A stretch of DNA of 64,000 nt, from IMG/VR virus record IMGVR_UViG_3300046779_002131, positions 1-64,000 of that record; one strand, written 5' to 3'. The notes below the pieces were generated by a model, which did no database searches, was not told where the DNA came from, and saw only the letters and a list, made by a program, of their open reading frames with translations. Of the stretch, positions 54,201 to 62,739 are shown piece by piece. The stretch's first letter is position 1. Every line of letters starts with the position of its first letter. Position numbers and translations under genes: made by a program. The DNA comes from a virus.

Positions 54201-56109
54201 TTTCGGCTTCACTGGGAATGTAACCTGATGATTCATCAAGATCTTGTGTGGGCATACCAAGTCGTTTGAGAGACTTGATATACTTGTGCTCTAAATCTTC
54301 ATCACCAAAACTTATTACTGTAGATGGTGGTCCTTTGCCAAAAGAACTTTTATCAAAATCGTCAAGGTCAGATATTCCTTGCCCGAGTTTATACCAATCA
54401 TAAACGTCTGATACTGCAACTTTTACTGTGCCTTTGGGAAACTGTGGTGGCGACTCAGGTCCCGGAGGATCATTACCATCGTCATACTCCCATTCTTCTT
54501 CTTGTTCTTCAAGATTTTTTTCACGGAAATATTCTGGATATTGTTCGGCAAACTGTCGCATTATGATACCAGCTTCGGCGTTCGCCTGATTTTCTTCTTG
54601 AGATCCAGTTTTACCTGAATGCATGTCTAATTCACCGCGTTGATCCTGCGCAGCATGTGTAAGTTCATGTGCCAGAGTCCTTAATACATCAACAATGTGA
54701 CGATTGGCTGTGACCAATATCAAAGACTTTGTTTCAGGATCATAACGACCAAAACTGTTGTTCTTTGCGCTCCATTCGGCATTTTTGACAAGACGAATTT
54801 GAGGTAGACGTTGTAGCCCAAGATGTTGTGCTGCTGCCTTGGCAAACTTGCGAACTACGGTTTTGACATCAGCTGATTCATCTTCGCTGGTAAACATTGT
54901 TGTGGAAGGTGATACTCCGTCCCAGGTATGTCCTACATCTTCGCTGGTAAACATTGTTGTGGAAGCGGATACTCCGTCCCAGGTATGTCCAGCATCTTCT
55001 TTGGTTTTTTCTCGGGGATATCCACGACGAATGTCTATACTGTAGGTGCCTTCGAGTCCTTGACGGTCCAAGGTGTCAGATACAAATTTTTCTGCATCAC
55101 GACTTGATTGAAAACGATCGCCAAGATCAAACTTGCGTGTCTCACCGTTGATAGTAACATAGGCAACAGTGATGGGTTTGGCTTCGGTCTTTGGTGGTTC
55201 GGCTGCGGCCGGTGTTGTGGCCACTGCTCCGGCAAGAGCAGCAGCACGAGATGCTTTGTATAGATTGTCAGCAAAGCCTTCTTCAACTTGCTCGCCACCT
55301 TCGGTCCCAGCAGGATGATCTTGCCCAGCATAGGCAAACCCCGGAAACCAATAACCTCCGCTGTATCCATAACTGCGTCGAGTTTTTTTCTTGGATTGTT
55401 TTTTCTCGTCAAGACTCAGTTCACGAGCATGTGCATCGCTGCGAGCATTGGCCAGTCGTTCAATATAACCTTGGCTACGCAGCATTTTGAATGCAAGATT
55501 TTCTGCACTGAATTCGCCATGCTCGTCAAGTCCAGCCTGACGCATGACTCGAATTTTTTTCATTAATTCTTCAGCACCTTGTCCACTCTTAATTGAATTT
55601 TCAATACGCTGCTTGAGATCCTCGTATTTGTTACGCACAACAGCATCGTTGATGTCGGCACGTTTGCGACGTGGAACTTGTATCCATTTATTGCGTTTTA
55701 GTGAATATTCGCCTTGTGAAACAACATCTTCGTCAGCGGGCTGTACATACAATTCAACATCAGCATCACGCACAGTGATATTGTGCAGATCATTGTATTG
55801 ATATTTTTTTGCATTGAATAATTCACGAAACACTGGATCATAGAGTTCGGGAATATCTACAATTAAATGTAGATCAATATCAGAATGTGGAGTATAAGTG
55901 TAGCTGGCGTTGCTACCACTGACTGTGATATCTTTTACCTGTAAATCAGGTACGCCAAGAAATTCTTGAAAATCCGCGGCAATTTTCAGTAGAGCTTCGC
56001 GAACTTCGGGTTTGATTCTTTCACGCCCGTCCCACAGTCGGGGATTGAGCCGACTGTGGAAACGAATCGCATCCTTTAGATCGTAGCTGTCCAGTTCATT
56101 TATGTTCAT
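51241..56109 (-). CDS. 1622-aa polyvalent protein: Pol-beta-type nucleotidyltransferase, zincin metallopeptidase, COOH-NH2 ligase and C-terminal repeats
   Basis: SGSNASY..SDIDLH...VELYVQ; LAHELTHAAQ...E; AGFEAEL, IEGDSSI, FEVVSP, TNSSTGLHMNIS and IEFRGPGG. Confidence 0.75.
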   Translation of the reverse strand: MNINELDSYDLKDAIRFHSRLNPRLWDGRERIKPEVREALLKIAADFQEFLGVPDLQVKDITVSGSNASYTYTPHSDIDLHLIVDIPELYDPVFRELFNAKKYQYNDLHNITVRDADVELYVQPADEDVVSQGEYSLKRNKWIQVPRRKRADINDAVVRNKYEDLKQRIENSIKSGQGAEELMKKIRVMRQAGLDEHGEFSAENLAFKMLRSQGYIERLANARSDAHARELSLDEKKQSKKKTRRSYGYSGGYWFPGFAYAGQDHPAGTEGGEQVEEGFADNLYKASRAAALAGAVATTPAAAEPPKTEAKPITVAYVTINGETRKFDLGDRFQSSRDAEKFVSDTLDRQGLEGTYSIDIRRGYPREKTKEDAGHTWDGVSASTTMFTSEDVGHTWDGVSPSTTMFTSEDESADVKTVVRKFAKAAAQHLGLQRLPQIRLVKNAEWSAKNNSFGRYDPETKSLILVTANRHIVDVLRTLAHELTHAAQDQRGELDMHSGKTGSQEENQANAEAGIIMRQFAEQYPEYFREKNLEEQEEEWEYDDGNDPPGPESPPQFPKGTVKVAVSDVYDWYKLGQGISDLDDFDKSSFGKGPPSTVISFGDEDLEHKYIKSLKRLGMPTQDLDESSGYIPSEAEKDDPRFSMALTVDIRPDSMQKNAKKLGWKIARDGTPPLLRESEELFEVAMTPRALEAWARSPEAQDIHAGFEAELCFRDTYDEEGESELEPDYDADQRPGDIDDVVDFFSDDEWGYGLTRSQQERLRSDLTSEYYEWIDNKIDDNLFNEFSTWMWENEWPNRREDLIGDELYNADIEGAEASDALEAGRLENVDHPLYAEYQRAETEARIAFEDEIQDQYEKKSSSPWEEFYDEYRAEFMDNNSERDFLRSEYGYMSDIGNSFDLSWPYMTETGGNAGSRNPDEIRTSLAAAVNMRVKMSTGYHSIRREPGLWIIEGDSSIHPDDDIDAGFEVVSPEQTLSKTLSDMDKVMEWARDIGGYTNSSTGLHMNISIPHRGADVDYVKLLLFMGDQHVLEQFGRTAIHFCSSSMTKLADYVASAKKAGLKKIPDAFELMRKNLIELATRNFLHGEGGRNKYQSAHVHRDDKGKPSYIEFRGPGGDYLDKSNEELNTTFLRLARAMQIAGDPSAERQEYGKKLYKLLAPEGDSAMMKMFASYSAGGITGEQLKNEWASKVLHTTDPQDTSVRTWEIFDERRPDEVLGQVDANIYDMPNYIINNFDQKDWLYIDYREVDGVPKDIKTRKADLARKIQGVAQQRPEMPVPGGSVEYIARLKDARYPSIYNVRFQTPDVGNDFSQAAAALWRTLRSRGYSQDQIDEYTIDSIESPYGVVMRPGGAVGGEQSTDANYEIINLDNQIPVFRFIANTDEEARRKFNDWLSGRDRDDRSRYNVRRIEGRGIPGSTAELARQRAASADQEFSGTWEIVSRTTDEVVHQFSGVGNAIRDAEVYGRRWALDTGFDDPYYLRPLMRPRHTVPTEPGEENNPQFRVTYTVNDGTHTTLNSVNITARNANAAMERVHSILIRNGNNVESIEAEEIPQPGWRNQAQGTESLPPGNTRWLVLDQNDREVYSFVHRSNQGEANQYAANWLRQNGLLGSGEFMVVPAR
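54879..54999. repeat. 57-bp tandem repeat (about 2.1 copies), 19-aa unit EDxGHTWDGVSxSTTMFTS
   Basis: Read directly. Confidence 0.9.
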
Positions 56110-56127
56110 ATGAACTGTATTTATTGC

Positions 56128-57063
56128 TTACGCGGCTAGCGGTGCAGTCTCGAGTGCTAGGATAGAACTGTCTATAACTTTGGTTTGAGGACGTTCTGCA
56201 GGTGCTTCTGCAGGTGCGGCACTGGGTGTTGGCAGTGGCTGTTGATCAACCGGCGCTGCCACACCATTTTGTTGTGCTAGAGCATGTAGTTCTCGGTAAA
56301 GATTATCTTGTACAGAATAATCAAATGTATAAGTTCCCACATGACGCAGTAATACACGTTTGTCTACAAAAACTTTACCACCAATGTCACGCCAGTTTTC
56401 ACAGAATGTCCAGTCTTCGCTGTAGTAACGATTTTCGCGTACCGCAGTATCAAAGTAAGTTTTCATGTGTTGATCTAGTTCTGATGGCAAACCAATGTCG
56501 TTGGCAAAAGTTTTCACAGCAGGGTGAGCATTGAGTTTTTCAAACACATGACGCTTGACCAAGAAGAATCCAGTGCCGGTTTTGGTTACTTCCAGCAAAC
56601 CGTTGGGGTCATTGTCGGGTGCTCCGGGTATACCGTTTACACACCATTTAACTGGAATGGTTTTCATGGGGTACAGACCGCCAATCACATCAACGTCGTG
56701 ATTGAGCATGGCCAACAAGTGCCAAGGTTCCCAACCAATGTCAGCATCAATAAACATCAAGTGTGTTGAATCGGGGTTGGCGAGAAACTTTGCCACAAGA
56801 GTATTTCTAGCACGACTAATCAAACTTTCATTGGTCATTGTTTCCACAGTCCAATCAATGCCCAATTGGCGGCATGTATTTGACCATTTGATAAAGCTCA
56901 TAAATGTTTGTTCTGTGAGCATACCACCATAGCAAGGCATGCAAATATGTACTCGTGTGGTGCGTAGATATTCAACATTGACTTGAATTTGAGTAGTGCC
57001 TGGCGGCAACGGTTGTTCTTGCGGCAATGATTCCTGCACCGCTGGTTGTTGTTGTTCTTCCAT
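56128..57063 (-). CDS. GT-A fold glycosyltransferase-like protein
   Basis: ESLISRARN, LMFIDADI (DxD), GTGFFL and SEDWTFC. Confidence 0.7.
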   Translation of the reverse strand: MEEQQQPAVQESLPQEQPLPPGTTQIQVNVEYLRTTRVHICMPCYGGMLTEQTFMSFIKWSNTCRQLGIDWTVETMTNESLISRARNTLVAKFLANPDSTHLMFIDADIGWEPWHLLAMLNHDVDVIGGLYPMKTIPVKWCVNGIPGAPDNDPNGLLEVTKTGTGFFLVKRHVFEKLNAHPAVKTFANDIGLPSELDQHMKTYFDTAVRENRYYSEDWTFCENWRDIGGKVFVDKRVLLRHVGTYTFDYSVQDNLYRELHALAQQNGVAAPVDQQPLPTPSAAPAEAPAERPQTKVIDSSILALETAPLAA

Positions 57064-57120
57064 GTGTCCTCTCGGTTAAAAAGTATGTAGATATTTAACA
57101 GGTAATGCCAAGGTCTAAAA

Positions 57121-57690
57121 TTATTTTAGGCCGATTATCATTGATCTGTGATATTGAGTTTGGGGATCTTCTAGCTTGATACGACCTTGATAGAGTATTT
57201 GACCGAACGGAAATCTTTTGATAATGTCTTCGGGGCCGTAAAAGTTTCTATTGGGATCTTGATCACGACCTTGCAGCACTACCAATTGACCTTGGGGTAT
57301 ATTCTGGAACCACTGTTTGCCAGGCATGTCAGTGAGACTGGTGTTGATTACAACACTGTCAGAGTCAAGTTGGCGATAATCAAGATCATTTGCATCACGC
57401 AACATGTATTCTACATTATCAAACCCTGCGCTGTCTATGAATTGTTGTCCGGTTTTCAAGAATTCTTTGTTGGTTTCTACATTGATGATTTTTTCAACCC
57501 TGGGAAATCCATAATGATCAATCATAAAGGCCAAGTTGCCATACCATGACCCAAGAACATAAGCAGTTGAAATGTTGGGGTTTATTTTGGCCAGTTCTTT
57601 CATCAACCATATTTTGCTAAACACTAGATCCGGAGTCCAACTACCTTCAAAACTGTAGCCGCTGCTTTCGGTTAGGTCACGTATGTTCAT
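57121..57690 (-). CDS. class I methyltransferase-like protein
   Basis: VLGSWYGN glycine loop, VINTS; MNIRDLTE N-terminus. Confidence 0.55.
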   Translation of the reverse strand: MNIRDLTESSGYSFEGSWTPDLVFSKIWLMKELAKINPNISTAYVLGSWYGNLAFMIDHYGFPRVEKIINVETNKEFLKTGQQFIDSAGFDNVEYMLRDANDLDYRQLDSDSVVINTSLTDMPGKQWFQNIPQGQLVVLQGRDQDPNRNFYGPEDIIKRFPFGQILYQGRIKLEDPQTQYHRSMIIGLK

Positions 57691-58733
57691 TTCTTTTTAC
57701 GACCTTGGCAGTGTGCTCGTTGACTAAAGCCCCGGGGATTGGAGCAGTTGATTGAGCGTTTGTATTTTTCACTCCATTTTTCTTCGATGTAATCAGGAGA
57801 CTCAATAAAACCCCATCTTGGTTTATCGGCTTCGTCTTGCGGATCATAGTACCACACTGTGTTGTCATTTAAATCAGTCACTAACCAAACAACTAATCTA
57901 GTTCTAGGATCTGCTGACCATATAAATTCCACTTCGTCTGTGGCATCATCAATGCTGCTAAATTTACCAACCAGGTGTCGCTGTACTCCATCACCGGTCC
58001 ACAGGCGATATTGTTCAAAACCTTCGGGAGCGAACTCCATTATTGTTTTGTCATCAATAGCACGTTCAAGTCTAAGTATGCGTTCAACCAGTGCAACACC
58101 GCGTTGGCTGGGCTGTCGTCGCTGCTCATAAACAAACTCTGTGACTTCTTTCACAGTGTCAAGGCGTGCGTCAAATATCGAACGTATTTTACTGTCAACA
58201 TCACCATATAGATCTAGTATGATTTGATCACGCAGCGCATTGTTGCCTTTGATGTAGCGTTCGCGGATCTGCGTAGCTGAGTTGGCATCGGCACCGGCCA
58301 CACGAAACGTAACTGTAGGAACCACTGTGACATACGCATGGTCACCGAAAGGTTTCATTTCTTTGGGATTTTTTGGCATGGGCTGCATGTAACTTGCGGA
58401 GCCATCTTTTTTAGGTGCAAAACTGATGCGTTCGGCATCCTTGGCACCCAGTGCAAATATCAAACGATCCGATTCGGGATTGTAGTCTTTGGTAACTTCA
58501 GCAGCTTGATAGGGATTTTTGACTTTGACAATACGACTACCTGGTACTCCCAGCTTGATCATCATGTCTTGCTTGTCACCAAATGTAAATGGTGATGTTA
58601 TTGGAGCCTGTTTGTCTGATGTAGCAACATAGACATTGTCTGCGCCCCACTGCTGAGCCAACTGTTTATAGACACCAAAGTGTCCGCGATGAAAGGGGTG
58701 AAAACGCCCGGGATAAACTACAATAGTTGCCAT
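57687..58733 (-). CDS. cytidylyltransferase-like (HxGH) nucleotidyltransferase with appended C-terminal modules
   Basis: YPGRFHPFHRGH, SATQIR; then ME|FAPE... and EE|KWSEKYKRSINC... Confidence 0.75.
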   Translation of the reverse strand: MATIVVYPGRFHPFHRGHFGVYKQLAQQWGADNVYVATSDKQAPITSPFTFGDKQDMMIKLGVPGSRIVKVKNPYQAAEVTKDYNPESDRLIFALGAKDAERISFAPKKDGSASYMQPMPKNPKEMKPFGDHAYVTVVPTVTFRVAGADANSATQIRERYIKGNNALRDQIILDLYGDVDSKIRSIFDARLDTVKEVTEFVYEQRRQPSQRGVALVERILRLERAIDDKTIMEFAPEGFEQYRLWTGDGVQRHLVGKFSSIDDATDEVEFIWSADPRTRLVVWLVTDLNDNTVWYYDPQDEADKPRWGFIESPDYIEEKWSEKYKRSINCSNPRGFSQRAHCQGRKKK

Positions 58734-58748
58734 GATCCTATATTTAGC

Positions 58749-59189
58749 TTATAGGTTTTCAAGCATCCAAAGATAGATAGGAGTTGTAAAACGAAAACTA
58801 GCGCAGCCGTTACAGCCCATGATATTGTGAAATTCGTCATCTATGGGTTCACTGCTGCCGTTGAAGTTGTGTTGATAAACTGTTTTTTGATTGAACACAG
58901 TGTCCACAGCCACGGATTCAAAGGCTTTGTTTTTAACAGCAACAGTCACATCACTGACAATATTGCCTTGGTTATCTACAATGGTATGCTCGGGCAATTT
59001 TCCTTCTAGCACAAATTCCATCAAGTGCTCTTGCACAGTGTCGCTGTCACTGAATGTGTACTGAAATTTATAATCATGTGGAACTGGAGTTAGAGTAAGA
59101 ATGTCTGCAGAATCCAATCTAATACGCAGAGTCAAGGGCACAGCAGGGTTGGAGCTGGAAATATCACAGCTAAAACAAACATCGCTCAT
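58749..59189 (-). CDS. hypothetical protein
   Basis: ORF ending FTTPIYLWMLENL. Confidence 0.7.
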   Translation of the reverse strand: MSDVCFSCDISSSNPAVPLTLRIRLDSADILTLTPVPHDYKFQYTFSDSDTVQEHLMEFVLEGKLPEHTIVDNQGNIVSDVTVAVKNKAFESVAVDTVFNQKTVYQHNFNGSSEPIDDEFHNIMGCNGCASFRFTTPIYLWMLENL

Positions 59190-59566
59190 TAATAATGTGC
59201 AGTGACAGCTTTGATTTCACCGGATGTAAAGTTCTGTACCGCGGCGCGAATCCAAGCGTAGTTTCCTATGATTACCAGCGGGTGATAATCAGTGTAGACT
59301 TCGGTATCAGTAATGTCACCATAGGCAATGATGTTGGTCCAAGTTGAGTCAAATGTGGGAATTTGATCGTGTGTGCCCTGTATGGTGATCAGGCCACGGA
59401 ACCCTTCAACATTGACATACACAGTTGAATATGACGAAGTACGATAGTAATTTGCAGCTTTGGCTGGATCTCCTTGCCAGTCAAGACTGGAACCGTCGTA
59501 GTTACCCGACGGTTGATTATAAATCGTAAGAGGAATCAGCGTTTCAATTGTAACTGCTTGAGCCAT
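59189..59566 (-). CDS. hypothetical beta-rich protein (possibly virion)
   Basis: ORF; GNYAWIRA. Confidence 0.7.
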   Translation of the reverse strand: MAQAVTIETLIPLTIYNQPSGNYDGSSLDWQGDPAKAANYYRTSSYSTVYVNVEGFRGLITIQGTHDQIPTFDSTWTNIIAYGDITDTEVYTDYHPLVIIGNYAWIRAAVQNFTSGEIKAVTAHY

Positions 59567-59733
59567 TAATCTACTCGTTCAACTTCGACAATAATACCCG
59601 ATCCAGCAAGTTCGGTTATAACATCCTGTATGGATTCTGCCAGCACAGGGGTTACAATAGATTCCGGCTGGCTGCTTTCACGTACTAATTTGCTGAATTT
59701 TATAATTATAACTTCTTCTTGAATCTTAGCCAT
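59566..59733 (-). CDS. small hypothetical protein, 55 aa (MAKIQEEVIIIKFSKLVR...)
   Basis: ATG 7 nt after TAAATA; TAATG overlap with the next gene. Confidence 0.65.
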   Translation of the reverse strand: MAKIQEEVIIIKFSKLVRESSQPESIVTPVLAESIQDVITELAGSGIIVEVERVD

Positions 59734-59739
59734 AGTAAA

Positions 59740-60426
59740 CTATTTATCGACAACAATGATAGTTTTTGTATTTTTAATCATATTGGGCACTACAATGTTC
59801 AGCATAGAAACCATTCTTAGATCATTGTGCTCAAAGAAATAACCGCTGGCAGTGTCGCGCCAGACATTTTTAGACCAGACATGCAGTCCTGGACTGAGCC
59901 TGACGTCCTGTTGATTTTTAAGCCAATTTCTAAGGTACAAAGCACTGTCTGCGCTCAATATTTTTTGTTTGAGATAAGTTCTAAATTGAAATCCTGTGGG
60001 TCTAACCAGTGCCACGGTATCGGGCGGATAGGCCAGTTCAATTTTTGTAAAATTACTGTTGTGAAAACTATCAGTAATACCACTGATCCAGTGATAATCA
60101 CTGCTGTAAATACAGACCTGACCAAGTGTAATTATTACTTTGAAATCTCTGCCTTGGTCAGCAATGCGATCACAGAAGATTTTCAGTAGATGATAAACTG
60201 GTGTTCGTCTTTCTTCGTGTATTTTTGCTTCTAGCCCGGAACGTGTTCTTTGCAGTATTCGCTCGCGCCATTCAAAATGATCATGTGCTCGAGCGCGGTC
60301 TTTTTCATAGTCGCCTTTGAAATCACGTATAGCCCCAGCAAGTTCTACCCTCACTGTCAGGCTATACTGATATTGATCAAAGTAGAATTTATCTCGTTTG
60401 AGAACTTTAAGCGTCGGATTGATCAA
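59740..60426 (-). CDS. hypothetical protein
   Basis: ORF fits packing. Confidence 0.65.
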   Translation of the reverse strand: MINPTLKVLKRDKFYFDQYQYSLTVRVELAGAIRDFKGDYEKDRARAHDHFEWRERILQRTRSGLEAKIHEERRTPVYHLLKIFCDRIADQGRDFKVIITLGQVCIYSSDYHWISGITDSFHNSNFTKIELAYPPDTVALVRPTGFQFRTYLKQKILSADSALYLRNWLKNQQDVRLSPGLHVWSKNVWRDTASGYFFEHNDLRMVSMLNIVVPNMIKNTKTIIVVDK

Positions 60427-62671
60427 TTACAATTACCCCTTCGCTGTTGATGCCCGGCAACAATGCACTGGCAGTTGCAAACACAATGCTGCTGTCGACA
60501 CAATCAACACTGACTGTGCAATTGCTGAGCTGTTCAAACAAGATACGCTTGCTGAGTGGTACACGAATCAATTCGTCAATTTTGCGACACAGGGGACGTG
60601 CGCCCATTTTTGAGTCATAGCCTTGCTCGGCTAGATAGTCCACAGCTGACTCAGTGAGATTGATTTGAATAGATTTTTCAGCAAGGCTCTGACGCAGTTC
60701 GTCTATGAACTTTATCACAATCTTTTTCACAGCAAGATGATCAAGTTTATTGAATTTACAGATTTGATCAATACGATTGCGCAGTTCGGGACGGAAAAAA
60801 TCTCGCATAGCACGATCTTCTTCACCAGTTCTTTCCATTGATCCAAAACCAATGTTGTTGTTTTCGTTGTCTCGGGCACCTAGGTTTGATGTCATTATCA
60901 CAATGGTGTTTTTGCAATCCACTGTTTTGCCATTGCTGGAGGTAATACGTCCTTCATCCAACAGTTGCAGCATGATGTTGACAACATCAGGATGTGCTTT
61001 TTCAATTTCATCAAACAACAATATTGCAAAAGGATTCTTGCTAATGTCAGAAATGAGTTTGCCACCGCCTACGTTGCCATCTTCAAAGCCCACATAGCCC
61101 GGGGGTGCACCAATCAAGCTAGACACAGTGTGTTTTTCTTGATACTCACTCATGTCATATTTCAACAGTTTCATATCTAAATTCTTGCCCAACAGTCGGG
61201 CCAGTTCGGTTTTACCTGTACCAGTGGGTCCAACAAACAAGAACGACGCCATGGGGCGCCCGGCTTTGGCAATGCCAGCAAAGTTGATATACACACGTTC
61301 CAACACAGTGTCCACCACTGAATCCTGTCCGTACAGCACAGACTTGATATTGGATTCAAGACTAACAATGTTGGCACTGCGTTCGTTGCGCAGGCGATCC
61401 ACAGGCACTCCGGTCATTTTGGCCACTTGTGCTTGAATCAGTGTACGGTCAATTATCACAGTACCAATGTCTTTCACACGTTCTCTAGCACAGGCAGCAT
61501 CTAGAATGTCTATGGTTTTGTCAGGATTCTTTCGATCGTGTATGTAACGATTGGCCATCTCTACCGCTGCGGTAATTGCTTCGGTTGTGATTTCTACGTT
61601 GTGGAATGTTTCCAGTCTTGGGCTCAATCCAATAAGAATCTTTTCTGTGGTCTCAATATCAGGTTCGTCAACAGCCACACGATAAAATCTACGCATCAGC
61701 GCACGATCTTTTTCAAAGCTTTCGTAGTATTCTTCCCAGGTAGTTGATGCCACTACCTTCAGCGCACCTTTGGTAATTGCAGGCTTGATCATATTGGCCA
61801 TGTCCAGGGTGTTGTTGCCGGAATTGCCAGCGCCTTTCATGGTGTGAGCTTCGTCAATAAACAGCACACAGTTCTTTTTTGATTCCAGCGCGGTTATAAC
61901 CATTTTGAACTTTTCTTCAAACTCACCGCGATACTTAGAGCCAGCCAGTAGTGATCCCACTTCTAGGCTCCAGACTTCGTGATCTTTCAAAAATTCCGGT
62001 ACTCGGCCTGCGTGGATTTCCTGGGCCAGACCTTCTACAATAGCAGTTTTGCCCACACCAGGATCACCTACCATCAACACATTGGCTTTGAACTTACGAG
62101 CCAGCACAGCAATCATTTCAGACACTTCGGTGTCCCGGCCAATCAAGGGTTCTAGCTGTGCTTTGGCTGCACGTTCGGTTAGATTGGTACAGTACTCTTT
62201 GAGAATTTCGTCGGCTTGCTCGGTGCTGAGTTTGATGTCGCCTTGCACATAGTGTTTTTTCCAAAATGTCACAAACTCTACTTTGGTCACACCGTGTTTG
62301 AGCAAAAAGTATTGTGCATGACTGTTGGCTTCGGTCATCATGCTCAAATAAATGTCCAGTGTGGTCACTTGTGAAGAGCCTGTGAACATGGCCTGTGTGA
62401 GCGCACGATTGAACAAGCGTTCCAGGGCATTGGTTTTTCGGGGATGATCTTTGGGATCTCGTGTTTGGTTACTCTGCGCAGATATATAGGCTTCTACATC
62501 TGACTCTAACATTGTGACATTGGTGCCAAACTTTTCCAAGACTTTACGAAATGGTTGATGCCTAATCAAAGCCAGCAACACATGCTCTATGGTAATGTAA
62601 GCATGTTGCCGTTCGCGAGCAATACGCACAGCAGCATCAACAATGAATTCAATTTCGGGATTATTTCGCAT
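60407..62671 (-). CDS. clpA: ClpA-like Hsp100 AAA+ ATPase
   Basis: Clp N-domain, GDPGVGKT, LFIDEAH, GPTGTGKT, LIGAPPGYVG, FDEIEKAHPD, IGF ClpP-docking loop and GARPL; no ClpB middle domain. Confidence 0.9.
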   Translation of the reverse strand: MRNNPEIEFIVDAAVRIARERQHAYITIEHVLLALIRHQPFRKVLEKFGTNVTMLESDVEAYISAQSNQTRDPKDHPRKTNALERLFNRALTQAMFTGSSQVTTLDIYLSMMTEANSHAQYFLLKHGVTKVEFVTFWKKHYVQGDIKLSTEQADEILKEYCTNLTERAAKAQLEPLIGRDTEVSEMIAVLARKFKANVLMVGDPGVGKTAIVEGLAQEIHAGRVPEFLKDHEVWSLEVGSLLAGSKYRGEFEEKFKMVITALESKKNCVLFIDEAHTMKGAGNSGNNTLDMANMIKPAITKGALKVVASTTWEEYYESFEKDRALMRRFYRVAVDEPDIETTEKILIGLSPRLETFHNVEITTEAITAAVEMANRYIHDRKNPDKTIDILDAACARERVKDIGTVIIDRTLIQAQVAKMTGVPVDRLRNERSANIVSLESNIKSVLYGQDSVVDTVLERVYINFAGIAKAGRPMASFLFVGPTGTGKTELARLLGKNLDMKLLKYDMSEYQEKHTVSSLIGAPPGYVGFEDGNVGGGKLISDISKNPFAILLFDEIEKAHPDVVNIMLQLLDEGRITSSNGKTVDCKNTIVIMTSNLGARDNENNNIGFGSMERTGEEDRAMRDFFRPELRNRIDQICKFNKLDHLAVKKIVIKFIDELRQSLAEKSIQINLTESAVDYLAEQGYDSKMGARPLCRKIDELIRVPLSKRILFEQLSNCTVSVDCVDSSIVFATASALLPGINSEGVIVIDQSDA

Positions 62672-62739
62672 AATGGTCTGGGTTGTTGTTAAAGGTATTT
62701 AATTATAACACGGGTCTGAAATCAATACAATGATTTTGA

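Noticed and set aside
55420-56109. CBASS/cGAS-like cyclase call for the nucleotidyltransferase domain
   Set aside because: Only the generic Pol-beta GS/DxD motif is visible; no CD-NTase-specific features or effector genes can be supported by eye.
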